Counted from the first letter of the stretch, positions 13,801 to 27,355 are shown. The stretch is 64,000 nucleotides of DNA from Phoronis australis (GCA_002633005.1 NMRA01000285.1:357505-421504), one strand, 5' to 3'. Notes: generated by a model not told the origin, from the sequence alone. A program made the numbers and translations.

Positions 13801-16800
13801 CTGTCTGTATTTCACGGAAGAATACTTCGAATTTATCTCCGAACAGACCCCAAACTCCTGCTACGGACCTTGGTAAATTGGCCTGCCGAACTTTGTAGGC
13901 TACGATGTGTCCAAATACCAATAAATCCGCAACAGCGAAATAAAACAACATGTCTTTGTAAGAACTCGGTGTATTTTTAAGGGTTTTACATTGAAGTTTG
14001 ATCATTTATTGGTGTTAAACGATGAATTCAAGCGATAAGCTGACACCAGTAACCCGTGTTGTGAACTGCTGAACAAACTGCATGTGAAACCAATGACATC
14101 ATTGGATAATTTCAACACCTCCGTCTGCCGTCAGGTGTCAGGTAACGTAACCGAACATGCCGTTATCGAATAGAATTACTCGATCTAAATTGATACAAAA
14201 TAGGTTGTTTTTGGGTGGCATTCTCCTTTAACTAAAACAGTCACTACAGGTTTTTAAAAGTATTCTGCACAGCCTGCTTGAACTGTTACAGAAACAAATT
14301 TTGCCACAGTGAGACTGCCTCACTTATGACAAGCCTGAGATTGAAGTACATTGTGGGGAATTTCAACTAGTAATTTGTTTTGCACACAAGGACAAATCAT
14401 TAAAAGTTGGCACCAGTTTAATTTAATAATTCCTAGTCTTTCCACACAAACCCTGTATAAATCCCCCTCTGAATGGACATCATGGAATTTTTAGGTGCAT
14501 TCATTTGTGAATTTTTACCAAGCCTGAATTTTCTGTTGTGGAGAACACTGGAGTATAAACAGTCAAAATAGACAGTTTACTTGAACAATTAAAAATGTAC
14601 AATTAGCCTTGTGATGCTTGTGAAATCATATTTCAACACAAGGTAGTACTCACCTCCCACAAGTGAGGCTAGTATGGCGCCAAGCAACATGGAGCCAACC
14701 ACCATTTCAGCAAGGCGGCAATCAAGACTGAAATGTACTTTCAGCTGAAGGAGAGCTCCTGATATGATGCCTAGAAAAACAAGAACATTATTTATTACTA
14801 GCAAATTGCAAACTTAAGTAGTGAGTTTCATTTACAATGTGCCACAAAATGCAAATTTCTGGTTATAGTTACACATTGTATCAATTTCATTTGTAATGAT
14901 TCATAATACTTACAGATAAGTAGAGCCACTTCAAGAATAAATGTTAATATTAAATATATTTCATGACACTGGTTTCTAATTTTTTTTTCACAAAAAGTAA
15001 CAAAACGACGACCAAGCAATATAGCACAAGTCATCTATCATGCTCACTAAAATCAGAACTTTTCAGAAGTTCTCAAACCAAAGTTGTGTGCACGTTTATA
15101 CTGTATGTCATTCGTATTGCTATATGGCACACGAGGGCAGAGTGCTATGTTTCATGGGAGAAGAGCTTTTTGTCCAAAGGAACAAGTGCGTTTTTGAATG
15201 ATGATTGACAGCATTAACCAACTTTTAAGTTTAAAAAAATACTTAACAATGGCTATTAAACATAGTCCATGTTTTTGCAAGAAAAATCAACCTGTCAACC
15301 TGGTACGATGCAACACAGACTCTCTGAGAAGATTCAATGTCCCCCACCACAGAAAACACCAGAAAACATGCAGTCATGTGCACAACAGATATCACCAGGA
15401 TAATTTCTTAACGAATGCGCTCAGCAGTGAGAAGACTGACTAGTTGATTTTCCACCACTGCAGAGGTTTATCGTCAAGAAAAGTGCCATTGACTGCTGAT
15501 TTATAGCTAAAATGATTCCTGATGAACACTTTACGAGTTGATCACAGAGTGTACAGACTGCTGTTTTTTTCACTAACCACTTCCATGAACATCACTAACT
15601 AGCTTGTCTCTAAAAGTAGGTCAAGGGCAGATGTCATGTGAAAGGCATTCGGTGATTCTTTAATATTAAATCAAAAGTTGTGTCCTACAACCTAAATCCT
15701 CCGTTAATGAAAACCAGCTTTAGTTCAGTAGTATACTGGCCATTAGGTGGTGCTCATCGCAACTGACCCAAAACCAAAGATTTGTGGAGTGGAACCAAAC
15801 TGACAGCTCTGGACTGCGGTTCTCAGTTATTTCTTCTCAGTTATAAATTTAGGGTACCCATTGCAGCCCTAGTAGGGACTGACAGTAAAAGAAAACATTA
15901 GCCACCATTGACCAGTGTGCCTCTGGCTCTGTGTTAGTGCAGTGCACAATACTGGTATAACCACATCATGTCAACAGCTGAGCAAATGTCCCTGCACACA
16001 TCATGAGCCAGCTGCAGTGACTTTAGAAGTAATGGTTTGCCCACACACAAACATGCTTTCATCAGTATTGATTAATTCAGAAATTAAGGCCAGTGTGCAC
16101 TATCAGAAGGTAAAAGATTTTCAGGCTGCTTTTTGAATATGCAAGATTGCAAAATTATCTAAACTTCTTTGGGTGAAATTGCCACAAACAACCAACTGCT
16201 GTTAACTTGAGAATTACATGTAGTTAGTAGGCAAAATTAGGGTGATAGGCCTGAGCACAGACACAACCCTATAAAAATAACGTTGGCATAACATTTATAG
16301 GCCTCCCATAAACAGTTTTCCTTCCAAAATAATGATCCCCCCCACCCGTTGCAGCATTCCAAATCCACCAGAGTATTATAAATCAGGAGGGGAGTCAGGT
16401 ATTCCACACTTATTATAATTCCTCAAGTATCAAATTCAAAGTTTATTCAATCCATATAACCTGGCAAAAATATATTCTCACTGCAGACCCATTTTCCCCA
16501 AGAAAAATCTAACGACTATTAAATCAATAAGAAGAATGCAGTATCCCCATTGTCCAACTTTTCCTTAAGCATGGAATCTAGAGGGTACTGCATCAATGTG
16601 TTATGAGAGAATAATGAAGTATATTTTGTTGCTGAAGTCGACCCAAAGCACATGTACAAGAGCCATGTAGAATATTACACCTAAATGAAGTGCATGCCAA
16701 AAGTATCCAATCAAAATGACTGGGAATTCTGTCACTACCGAATAACTCATGTTTGATGTTAACCCAATTAACTGTCACGAGGTTGGAAAATGTTTTTTTT

Positions 16801-18935
16801 TGTCTGATTATTTATATCAAGCACTTTATGTGCTGTGTGAACAGACAGCCCATTACTGCCTTTAAATACAAGTAGACCGAGTTACTTTTATAACCACTCA
16901 CAAAAGATCTAAAGTGTTCACATTACATGGAGCACGGCAAAATCTCACAAATAATGGAAGAGAACTTGAAAATGACTTAGGATGTATTTAGGGCTACTTT
17001 TATCTTTTAAGCAAAAAAAAATAATTTGTCAGTGATGTACTGGTAGTGCCCAAACTAGACAACTCAGAATCCATTAACAACAAATAGATACCAGTACCTA
17101 CAGATAATTAGAATTAGGAAAACCAGCATTTTTATAAACCAATCCAAAAAGTTGCCAAGATGTCTAAAAAATTGCTGCAGCCCTTAACATCCAAAAGTTA
17201 GTGGGAGGCTCTTAATAAAATAATATCTCAGCATCAATTAAAATTCACATACAGATGTAAAAATCACCAATAAGTGACTCGTCATTAGTTCACGAAGTCA
17301 ATAAAAATTAGATAAAACAGTGATCTGCAAGTAAACAAATCTGCCATGTTTAATCAAAAGTTTTATGTCATTTGCCAGATAGAGAAGTATGCAAAGTGAA
17401 TTCGTTACTACCAAGAATTTGTTATAGAAAGCTCTGGGGTGTGCATTCGAAGAATTGAAATTTTTAAAATTTCTGGTTCTCTTAAAGTAAGCTCACACAT
17501 ACTTTTACAAATGTGACATCTACAGATTGAAAATGTATCGTCGCACATGTTAGTTCATAGTTGCTTATAAATTAACTTTAGTACCGAGGTTCATGGTGTT
17601 TTTCAACACGTACAAAGAGCGAGAGAGACAAATTATGCTTATTCCCGACTGCTATGTGTGTGTAGACTTATTCCTGATAATTGGATTCTCCAGCTCATTC
17701 ATCATTTCAACATCCATTCAGGCCAAGTCCTGAAGGAACAACCAGCAGTGAAATGATTAATAAGTTGACATGGAAAGACAAACACTGAAATATCATTTGC
17801 ATTGATGGTACGGGTATTATGTTAATGCTGATAAGTCAGAACAGTGCTGGTGGGTAATTTCAACTCATCAACATGTTTCTCAAACACTTGGGCTTTTGTC
17901 CAGCACCCACCAATAATGTTTAATATAGCAAAGCTTACAAAGCATGGGGCACTAGTACACTGGTGACAGTGGGCCACGGTCCAATTATCTATTTGGAATA
18001 TTTCCAAACATAGATCCATGGAAATACATTTGATGGGAACCTATTTGCGGTTATTCCTGGCATACGTCACGTGTATAACTCACCAATGTCGTAACCAAAT
18101 AGGATTCCTCCCAGTGCTGCCATGGCAGCCGCCATGGCAACCGTGCAAGAGAGTCCATTTTGCTTCCTCAGACCACTGTTAGGCTGTGAGCTGACATCGG
18201 TGTTGAGGCCTCTGATCTGAGAGCCATGATGGTCAACATTCAGCAGTTCAACTACAGGAAAAGAAGAAATTATATTATAATCACATTGACATTACAAACT
18301 TTCATATTGTAATGCAAGATATAATTTTAAATAAGACAATAGCAAATATGATAAATCATCAAAAGTCAATAGCAGTAGAACACTCGACAAAAACAATGTG
18401 CAACTACAAAAAACTGAAAAATACATCCTTTTGTAACTCTGTGACACCCTCTGAAAAGTAACTGCTGTTTGAGACACAGAGAAAAAGACACTCTTTCATA
18501 AAGTTGACAAGACACAACTTTATATAATCAAAAACCTATTTATTTCTTCATCAATCCAAACACATAACGGAAAATAAAAGCTAGCATGTGTATATCAGAA
18601 CTGTAAGATTAGGGGGAAGTTTTTACATTTTGACTGACAAATGGGCATGGACTGTTAACTTTTACATCAGCTGTGCCATTCAGACAAATACCAAATTTGG
18701 ACTCAGCATAGCTATCAAGTACTAGTAAAAAATAAGAATTTACACAACACTGACTTCTAAGTGCTTTACACTATTACCCCCAATAACTTAACTTAGCTTA
18801 AGTACAGGCTTTAGAAATGGGATTTGTTAAATCAGTCTTTTAAATCAAAGCAAACCAGTAGGTGCCCACTATTCTGAAACCAGCCATAGTCTAACCTTTG
18901 AAATAGTTAAATCTATTACCTGTATCTGCTTCCAT
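4807..18935 (-). CDS. SLC2A10: Class III facilitated glucose transporter, SLC2A10/SLC2A12-like (GLUT10-like); 3' exons not found in window
   Basis: Phase-consistent GT-AG exons: 18935-18920, 18251-18084, 14770-14654, 12558-12452, 12128-12045, 10517-10414, 9807-9699, 9426-9340, 8731-8645, 6221-6111, 5146-4807. Motifs [90 protein letters not shown]; long TM9-TM10 loop with several N-x-S/T sequons typical of class III GLUTs. Start exon (MEADT) less certain. Confidence 0.88.
6600..7318 (+). mobile_element. Helentron/HINE (DINE-1-like) non-autonomous element
   Basis: Internal degenerate tandem subunits (ccaaatttcatgaa), GACG-type microsatellite at ~7215-7245, terminal hairpin gcgtccacatataaatatgtgggcgc followed by an A-run (hairpin segment duplicated). 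Related copies at 540-1380, 30830-31140 and 59720-59960. Confidence 0.65.
7856..8081. mobile_element. Head-to-head inverted pair of tRNA-like SINE heads
   Basis: Minus strand shows A box TAGCTCAGCACAGTAGAG and B box GGTTCAAACC; arms gtctgaaaagatc/gatcttttcagac and tatgttggtc/gaccaacata are inverted repeats. Confidence 0.55.
11407..11800. repeat. 30-bp minisatellite, about 13 copies, intronic
   Basis: Unit AAAATGACTGGTAACAACTATGAGAGATTC, nearly identical copies. Confidence 0.97.
13306..14227. mobile_element. Kolobok-type non-autonomous element with TTAA TSD
   Basis: TTAA|AGGGCAATGCCACCC ... GGGTGGCATTCTCCT|TTAA (13/15 TIR match); interior homologous, inverted, to 37253-38029; left end homologous to 40355-40402. 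Confidence 0.85.
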
Positions 18936-19410
18936 ATTGGCACAGCCAGCCACATCATTACAAAACCACTACTTGTATCTGTGCACCTTTTCCTGTAACA
19001 AGAGGGCATCAGTCTTACCCCTTCGTCAACTACATTGTGAGTGTTCTCACTAACAGTGCTAATTTCCTGTTAGTATTAAACATTAAACCCATGTTTTCTG
19101 CGAAAAACAAGTTTTAATTCTAAAGCTATTTCTACATTATAAAAATTGGTATCAAATTTTTCTATAGTCAAATTGCCTTGGGAGTGATTTCAGGTCTTCA
19201 TATTTCCTGGCACGAGCAATGTAAAAATGGCCAATGGCTGATTTGGGCAACTGAACGAAGGGCTGTTTGAAAAAAAGTTTGATTTACAGGAGTATTTGTT
19301 CGATCTGGGAAGAGTTAGACACCAAAGGCTTTCTAAGGTGTCCCTCTACACACAAACGGTACTGTTGTGAAGCATGGGGTCAACCAAGGTTGACCTTTAG
19401 CATACCAGAC

Positions 19411-19658
19411 CAGGTGCGGATCCAGGATTTTGAGTTAGGGAGGGCCAGGACACAGGAATAACCAAAATTTCGCGCCCAGTCTAAACTGTAGGGATGCAGG
19501 GGTCTCGAACCTTTGGGTTTGCAGACCGTTTCACTAAAAAAAAACGGTAAACANGGATGCGTGTATATGCTAATCAGCAGTTCGCACCTGCCAAATGGTA
19601 TCTAGTAGTATTTTAGGGGGGGGCCATGGCCCCTTTGGCCCCCCAAAATCCGCCAATG
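19411..19658. mobile_element. MITE with CAGGTGCGGAT-type terminus and 5-bp TSD (CAGAC)
   Basis: cagac|CAGGTGCGGATCC ... AATCCGCCAATG|cagac; contains an N at 19554. Confidence 0.65.
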
Positions 19659-20702
19659 CAGACAGTCTCCTACATTTGAGCGCCAGGTGACCCTATGGTC
19701 CATGGGTTGAGCTGTGAGTCTTGTGAGTTTGTAGTGAGCGAGAGAGGACGCAAATTAGACCCCCAAGCTGGCCAAAAAATGGACGATTGCATAAATCCGT
19801 TATAAATGTTGAAAACAAATCTTTTTCCACAAGGTAATCATCTCAATGAACTGACAACATGTCACTGTTTCATTTTTTTCATTTTGTTTTTAAACTTAAG
19901 TCAAACCCCATGCCTGTGTCAAATCAAGAAGGCAGTGATACTAAAAACTGCAATGAGGTTGCACCTGCTTTAGGTGTCTGCACCGAGCCATCAAAACAAC
20001 TTAAGTACTGCCTTCAAACTAGCTGTGTTCTAGCAGAATATATGTCAAAACACACAAGCTGCAATTTGGCAACAAGGTGAAAAACGGTCATTACTTGGTT
20101 TTACCAGTGCGGTGTGGCGTATGCGGAAACATTGTGTCCAATACTTAGGTTCTCCGAAGGTTTGCTAATCGCATTTTTTAAGACAACTCAGAACATAAAT
20201 ATGGCTTTCGGTGACAAGATATAGTACAGAACAAATCCATAACGGTAAGCCTTTAATTCAGTAAGGAATTTACAATCCATATTTTTGCAATTAAATATAT
20301 GCAAAATATACCGAAACATTCCAATAATTAGGTCGCTGGGCTATATTCAGTCATTAAGGATGCACAGGCAGAGGATTAATACTCAGCCAGTAACAACAAT
20401 GGACTCACCAGAGTGCGGGGATTAGAGTATTGTGATTGTGACTCTAAACACTGAATGGGCCTTGGTCTTGCAGTGGACCAGAGGTGATCAATAGTGATTA
20501 TATGTTGTGTGGTAGAATAATCTGGGATGAGTTCCCTTCAATTGTATCCTAGTGTAATAAATTGAAACAGTCTCCCTGAGCTAGCCTTAGTATTAGAGGA
20601 TTTCCCAATGTTAGGAAAATGAATGATCAACCCCGAGATATAAGTATATTTGTTCTGACTGGCAGATGGAGAGGGTGCCGGCCTAGTGGTGGTGGATTTA
20701 AA

Positions 20703-20970
20703 GCACAAGGATGGTGTTGCTGAGGCCAAATTCTAAGACACAGGGTAGTATTGCTGAGGCCAAATTCTAAGACACGGGGTACTGTAGTATTGCTGAGGCC
20801 AAATTCTAAGACACAGGGTAGTATTGCTGAGGGCAAATTCTAAGACACAGGGTATTGTTGCTGAGGCCAAATTCTAAGACACAGGGTAGTATTGCTGAGG
20901 CCAAATTCTAAGGCACAGGGTAGAGTTGCTAAGACCAAATTCTAAGACACTAGGGAGTTGTTGAGACCTA
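20703..20970. repeat. 34-bp minisatellite, about 7 copies
   Basis: Unit GTAGTATTGCTGAGGCCAAATTCTAAGACACAGG. Confidence 0.93.
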
Positions 20971-22136
20971 CAACCAGGAGGCGCTCCTGTTCTGCGAAGG
21001 GGGGAGGGGTGGTGTTGTGACACCAGACTTCCGCTTGTGACGTACAGCCAGATAAAGCCTCTCTAAGTCGCTTGCCAAGTGGCAACTGCCTCTTGGCTGA
21101 ACGGTTTAGAGGCTGGGCTCTCACACGTGCAACCTGGGTTCAAGTCCCTGAGTCAACGAAATTTTCTACAGTGCTTAAAGACCCATGCACATGCCAAATT
21201 AAGGAAGCCGCCATTACGTGATCATGTGACCTCGCAACATTAAGGCGCTGAAACCACTTTAGTTCAGCACCATTAAGTTGAAGCATACGCCATGGCAGAG
21301 TGGCACTCTACTTAATAACAAACGTCACTGGCTATAAGTAAGTATTTTGTGATATTGCAGCTCTCTGTTTACAAAACTAAAACAAATTGAGATTTTGTCT
21401 GCTTCAGGCTTGTGATTCGGAGATGAGCAGAGTCCCTGACAGCAGGCAATGTAATGCAAACACCTTACCTGCATGATTGATTTTTCACCAAATGAATACA
21501 CTTGAATATGAGTACCTTCACCAATTATTTAAATTCCCGTCATACTCCTGACTCCCAAATCATGCACAAATTTCACAATAGTGAGAAAAACAAACTGTAT
21601 ATTACGACTCTTCCGCAAGTCTTGAATAACCACAATAGATGACGATAACGTGTACTGTATAATTATTTTTTTTCCTGCGCATTGTCTAAATATCCAAACT
21701 TAACACTACCAACTGACATCATTATGATTACACTTTTTCAATTTTTTCTAAACATAAAGTTCATATATAACAGTTCCAAAACTGTCATTTTTCTTTAAAT
21801 AATACATAGGCGCGGGATAGTATCGAACCCGGTCACCACTCCGGTACGATATCAACTTGCTGACTTAAAACACCATATTCATAATTCTTCTTATTCTTAT
21901 TCTTCTTCCGACAAACTTTGAGGCTTAATAACTCCAAATTGGGTGGAGGTACGGTCTTTAAATTCAGCATATGATTTTTGACAATATATAAATTTTGATT
22001 GGTTATATAATCATATTCCATATTGCACCGGAAGAGGTCGTTTGGTGCAAAGGTCATATAATTTTCAAAATGCTACTCCTCCTTCAGTTTTAAAGCTATC
22101 TTTTTCAAATTCGGTGCACAGGTATAAGTCAACATN

Positions 22137-23371
22137 ACTGCGACAGCATTATGAGGAACAAAAACGAGGCCAGAAGCCATCAGCGGATAGAAGAGCCACA
22201 AACGTCAATGTTACCGAACCTGAAACCAAACCTGAAAATTTTGAAAAGATCAAAAAATACATTACTCATGTTTTAGGAAATGCTTATGAAATGGACGAAA
22301 AGGAAAAGAAGAAGATACTCAAAAGGATTATGTTGAAATGGCACCCTGACAAGAATTATGATCAGATAGAGCTGGCAACGAAGGTGATGCAGCACATACA
22401 AAGCGAAATCGGCAGACTAGATCAAGGCGGATTCCGTGCTGACGGTGAAACAGATCCCGCTGCTTGGTGGGCGGAGTTCGCCAGGAGGCGCGCCGAAATG
22501 CACAACAATTTCCGGTCACGTTACCAGCAGAACTTCTACGACACGTTTGCGGATTCACACGAGCGTTACAGCTATCAAGACTTCAATGTACCTCCTAGTT
22601 TCTGTAAGCGGAACCCACAGCCTGGAGAAGCGAGACGGTGGTATCGTCAGGCTAGGTACGACCTGCAAGCGGCAGATAATGACCTCATCTCTACATCACC
22701 AGCAACGGAGTGGAGCTGTTTGAAATGTTATCAGGTATGTTTTTTTGAAACTTTTGATATAGGGTTGAAACAAGATGACCCTTATGGCATTAGGCGTGAC
22801 CCTAAGTTTGGGCATTGCCACTGAGCTTCGAACGTGAAAGTGGTTCCAGAAAACTGTAATATTTTAAAGTTGGGCTCGAAATGGAACTTATGGAAACTGA
22901 AGTGTTTTGCACGTTGTGGCTCGAAAAAACGTTTACACAGGTGTATAAGGAATGAGCATGTATGCACTGGTTTGTGTACCGTCAGCCCCGAATTCTAACA
23001 TATGCAGTTTTGCTTTGACTGATTTTTATTAGCTTATACAAGTTTAATCTCTTTATGCTTTCTTTTAGGCGGCAGAAAAGGCTCTGAGGGCCGGAATGTT
23101 GACTATAGACTCTCAGAAATTTTCTGTGGTAAACCTCAGGTTGATGGCGTTTGACTTTGATGATGTCCGACTGCGCAATGACTGCTCCAGCCTCCAAGAA
23201 ATTATCGGGGATTCATCCAAACTGTGTTACCCAGATAACGCCACGTTCCCTGACCTACCTCGGGACACAATAAGCGAGGAGACCGCCAGAGACGTTTTAG
23301 TAATGGCAAACAGAGTAGTTGAAACCATTGCTGGTATCATGGCAGACAATGGCGTAAAGGTTGAAACTTGA
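22137..23371 (+). CDS. Sacsin-like C-terminal module: DnaJ domain plus HEPN domain (5' end unresolved at N)
   Basis: Exons ~22137-22734 and 23069-23371 joined by a GT-AG phase-0 intron. KKKILKRIMLKWHPDKN (J-domain HPD), then PPSF..NPQPGEARRWYRQARYDL..A.ND...EWSCLKCYQ|AAEKAL...YPD...PDLPRD..SEETA matching the sacsin HEPN domain. Confidence 0.85.
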
Positions 23372-23409
23372 AACTGGTAGTTGGTTGCATTTATTTTTAA
23401 GGGCGACCA

Positions 23410-23604
23410 GATGCGTAGTGACTGCTCCAGCTTCTAAAATTATCGGGGATTCATCAGAACAGTGTTTCCCTGATTACGCCACAACCTACCTCAGGGCACA
23501 ACAAATGAGGAGATTGCAAAAGACGTTTTAGAAATGGCAAACAGAATTGTTGTTGAAACTATAGCCAGTGTCATGGTAGATAATGGCGTAAAGGTTGAAA
23601 CTAG
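23410..23604 (+). pseudogene. Degenerate tandem copy of the last ~200 bp of the HEPN exon
   Basis: tgactgctccagc...attatcggggattcatc...aatggcgtaaaggttgaaact repeats 23170-23371 with indels and a stop. Confidence 0.85.
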
Positions 23605-23803
23605 CATTATTGGCATCTCGTCTAGCACCACCAAATGGTAGCGCCCTTTCACAAAGTCAAGCGTGGTTATAACGTGGATCTAAGCACGCTCAACGAGATT
23701 TTGCATGAAGTAACATACATTTTTCCAATTGTTATCAATTGCTATGCTTCATTATGAACATTTTTTATATATTAAGTACTAATAGCAACTCTTAGACTCT
23801 GCT

Positions 23804-23964
23804 CAGAGGCGGATCTACGAGGGAGGGTCAGGGGAAAGAAAAACCAAAAAAATACACGGGAGGGGGGAAACCTCCCCAACCCCCCCCCCGCTCGGCGCTA
23901 CGGGCCTCGGATTCGCGCGAATCCTAACCCCCCACCCCTTACTGAAAACGTAGATCTGCCACTG
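23804..23964. mobile_element. MITE with 5-bp TSD (CTGCT)
   Basis: ctgct|CAGAGGCGGATCTACG ... CGTAGATCTGCCACTG|ctgct. Confidence 0.8.
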
Positions 23965-24699
23965 CTGCTTAATTTGCCTGTGCCACAGCTCGGGCTCAGC
24001 GCGGTTGAAAACCGGTGAAAGATAAGCAGTAATGCTCATCGCGCATTCACGTTGCATCAACTTGTGAATTTTATCCAACAAAGTACACCGCAGTTTCATT
24101 TTGTGTGGATGTCGCAACAATACGCTGTGTATTGGGTTTATTCATAATTTTGCAAATCTCAATAATAAACTCTGATGCTGTTATCTATCACATTTTTGAA
24201 ATCCAAACAATTGAAGTTGTACACATACATAATGTTTTGTTATGTCGATTTAATTTCGCTTGCTCTGATGATTTGTCAGTGTCAGGATTGTTGTGGTTTT
24301 ATTGTTTGAACACACGCTAGAGGATGCATTTTTCGTCCGATCAACACGAAATATTAGGCCTACAGACCGCATGTAACGTCGTCAGTCTTCAATGGCTCGA
24401 GGTTTGGTTATTACAAAGGTGAGAAAGCTGGCCTTACTATCCACTCAACTAGATAAAATAATTCACTTGAGAAAAATGCAGTCTATGAGAATACACATAG
24501 CGTCTAGTAACTGGTATAATTCAATATTAAAATGAAAATCTTCATCTATCCAGGAGTTTTATAATAATAAAAATTAAATATGTTTAGTTGGACTGCGGTA
24601 CTTACTAAAAATCTTTAAGCCCTCGGAAACGTCCTGCTCCCTTCTTGAGGAATGGTGGAAAGATTAGAATGGCACTGAGGACAGTTGAAGCTTCCAGCG

Positions 24700-25122
24700 A
24701 TATGCGATCGACAGTAACTTTCCAAGCAGTAAACAGATCAAACGTGCCACTTCGGTACTGAGTGACGGATTCAATGCCTCAATGAAAATGGCCTCCTTGA
24801 CGCCTCTTTCGAAACGAGTGGTTGTCCCTACTCGAAGTCAAAACACGGTCATTATCGAACTACGGTGACCATTCGCTTGTAATTGCTATGCCGCCGCAGA
24901 CGAAACACCTTTACTCGCGTTCCTCCGGTGTTGGTAAAGCAATTTCCTTGGGGGTTGTTGAGTTTCACTGGTATACTCCTCGGCACATCTGTTACCTTCA
25001 CAGCGGATGTAACAAACCACCCTGCTGATGTTTTCTTCAGAAAATTTGTCCTTGGAATACAGTAACGAATTTCGGGGAATGTTACCCGCACGGTGAACAA
25101 CTCGACAAGGCAGTATGCCCAA
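24700..25122 (-). mobile_element. Penelope-like retroelement remnant (GIY-YIG endonuclease region)
   Basis: Translation SLLYSKDK...SRVVCYIRCEGNRCAEEYTSETQQPPRKLLYQHRR (degenerate VVY..C..C...YIGET...R..EH) and downstream FERGVKEAIFIEALNPSL, characteristic of PLE C-termini; frameshifted. Confidence 0.8.
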
Positions 25123-26406
25123 ATGTTTTTTTCTCCTACCTTAGATCCGGGTTCAAATTCGCTTTGTTAATGCCAAACATAAATAAGTGCAACCGAGCGA
25201 CAAAATAAGCCTTTTGTTGTCATGTATTGGAAAACACAAACTGAGGAATCGAACAATAAATAAAGAAGTACTGTTGTGCTGTGGACAGTCCCCATGACAC
25301 TCTTTGAGGCCGCATATGTGTCGTTTGTTATGAACGTCTCGTCCTTTACAGAATAAAGTCTGATGTACCGTTCGTTCATGACGAGAAATGCCTGTCATAA
25401 CATTTCTGAATCTATGGTCACATGTACGGCTGTCCAAATAAAATTGTCTGCTCATGGGCATCTGAAAGTGTACATGTATGTCGAGGACGGCGCGCGAAGG
25501 TTGTCGACTATTGGTTAGGAGGGGCACTAACTTGTCATGAATATATTTTTATTTTCAGGTCAGTCATACCCAAATACGCAATTTCGCCATTTATAGTAAT
25601 CTATTTTTCCCGCAGCCGCGACGAGCTACTTTGCAGAGTAAAACAAGATGAAGATTGCGAATAATGTCATTTACCCTAAACATGAGATATTGTTTTCCGT
25701 ATTCCCCCCCGCACTACTTCAACAGTGCCCGCTGACACGGAAAGTTCAAAGGGTAGGTCAACGTCGACTCGACGTCGTTAGCCGGTTCGATCCTCAAAGT
25801 TTCCCAAATAGTTTAAAATAATAAAGTTGCAGCAGTATAAATAACACTCAACACGCAATCAGGTGCCAGACATAACAGGTGGTACAAAACTGTTAATTAT
25901 ATAACACTTCTGTCACAGTTTTATCTGCCAAATATTTCATCGTCTGCAACTGAGTCACCGATTCCTCGGTAACTACTGTGTTAAATATTATTTAATTACT
26001 TTCAGAAAATGTTTCAAGTTCAATGCTTAATTACCATTTTCATCTTTGTTATATCTTCTCAAGTAACAAATAGTTACATCTAATCCTGTTTCTTTTACTA
26101 GAGAAAACTTGTAACATAACGCGCAAGTACATCCAACTAAGGTGTGTGTGATCCACCACGTGAACACTCTAAGTGAAATATTTGAAAGAATGGGTAACCT
26201 TATGTACAATTGGTCTTACCCTCATTCTTTTGGTCTTAATACGCCAATTGTCTTCGCAATACGAAATGTCAATGAAAACAAGCTCTAGTCTATAAAAACA
26301 CATTTTCTAACAACAGACAGGGTTTACTTTCATTTTTTTTCATTGCACCTAAAGTGGTACAAGCACCATTACGAAGTTCAAACAAACCACGAGCAACACT
26401 GATTAA

Positions 26407-26748
26407 GGCCCTTTCATACTAAGGTTGACGCGTCGATGTTTAGGTCTTGGATCGAAGTTAACAGCGCCAGGTACGTGTAACTTCGCAGTAACAGGCGAAT
26501 CAAATAAGACGAATCAAATAACGGCGAAGCATCGACGCTTCGGCGTGGTATAAACGGTCAACTTCGGTCTCGTTGACGTTATCATCAAGGACCACGCACT
26601 GCAATCGCGATTACATCGATAATGTCAGCGTCACTTACAGCTTTCTTCCATGTCCGTTAACGATTGAAGCCGGTGTGAACTGTTCAACAAAATTTGCATT
26701 TTACATCGACGTTCCTCTCCTACCGAAGTTACTTAGTATGAAAGAGCC
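26407..26748. mobile_element. MITE, Harbinger- or Kolobok-like
   Basis: ttaa|GGCCCTTTCATACTAAG ... CTTAGTATGAAAGAGCC|ttaa. Confidence 0.8.
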
Positions 26749-27355
26749 TTAAACCAACCCACACATCAATTTTAAGTAACCGGCAAGAAAACAGGCGAAG
26801 TAAGTGCCTTTACGTAGAACATAGAAAGAACAACGAATTAATATCCCCTACGAACTCCTTTCTTCTATATTGCCCCATGAACAACAACGCATTTCGCTTG
26901 ACAAACTGTCATACTTTTGGGACGAATCAAATATTTGCCATGCAAAATACCATTTTGCCAAACTAACGCCCCGTGATGTCTAGACAATTAGTGCACGCTG
27001 TTCTTTTCTCTGACCAGTATGCAAAAAGTGCATCTTTGAATTACATGTTAACAACGTCAAAAGCAAAGCCCAGTTCTTTTTCCAACGAAATGAAGGACAT
27101 TTGGATGGTCTCAAAACATGTACATCTGTAGATATGTCAAGAAAAAGTCACAAAAATCATCTCAACAATCCTCTTATCAATATTCAAAATATACAATACG
27201 TAACACCACGCTCCTCTATAAACCCTTAAAAAGCAAAACCGAGTAAACATACCAATAAGTTATCAAAAGCACACCAACATCAAAAAAGGCAAAAAGTAGC
27301 ACAACTGGTAACACTCTATGCATTTTGAAAATTGATGTGATAAGCCAAGTAGTTT

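Noticed and set aside
21095-21150. tRNA-like sequence with B box
   Set aside because: No complete cloverleaf; degenerate SINE head, not a tRNA gene.
21469-21474. ATGCAG|GTAAGG as first coding exon of SLC2A10-like gene
   Set aside because: An in-frame stop precedes the MEADT ATG in the next exon, so this is more likely a 5'-UTR exon.
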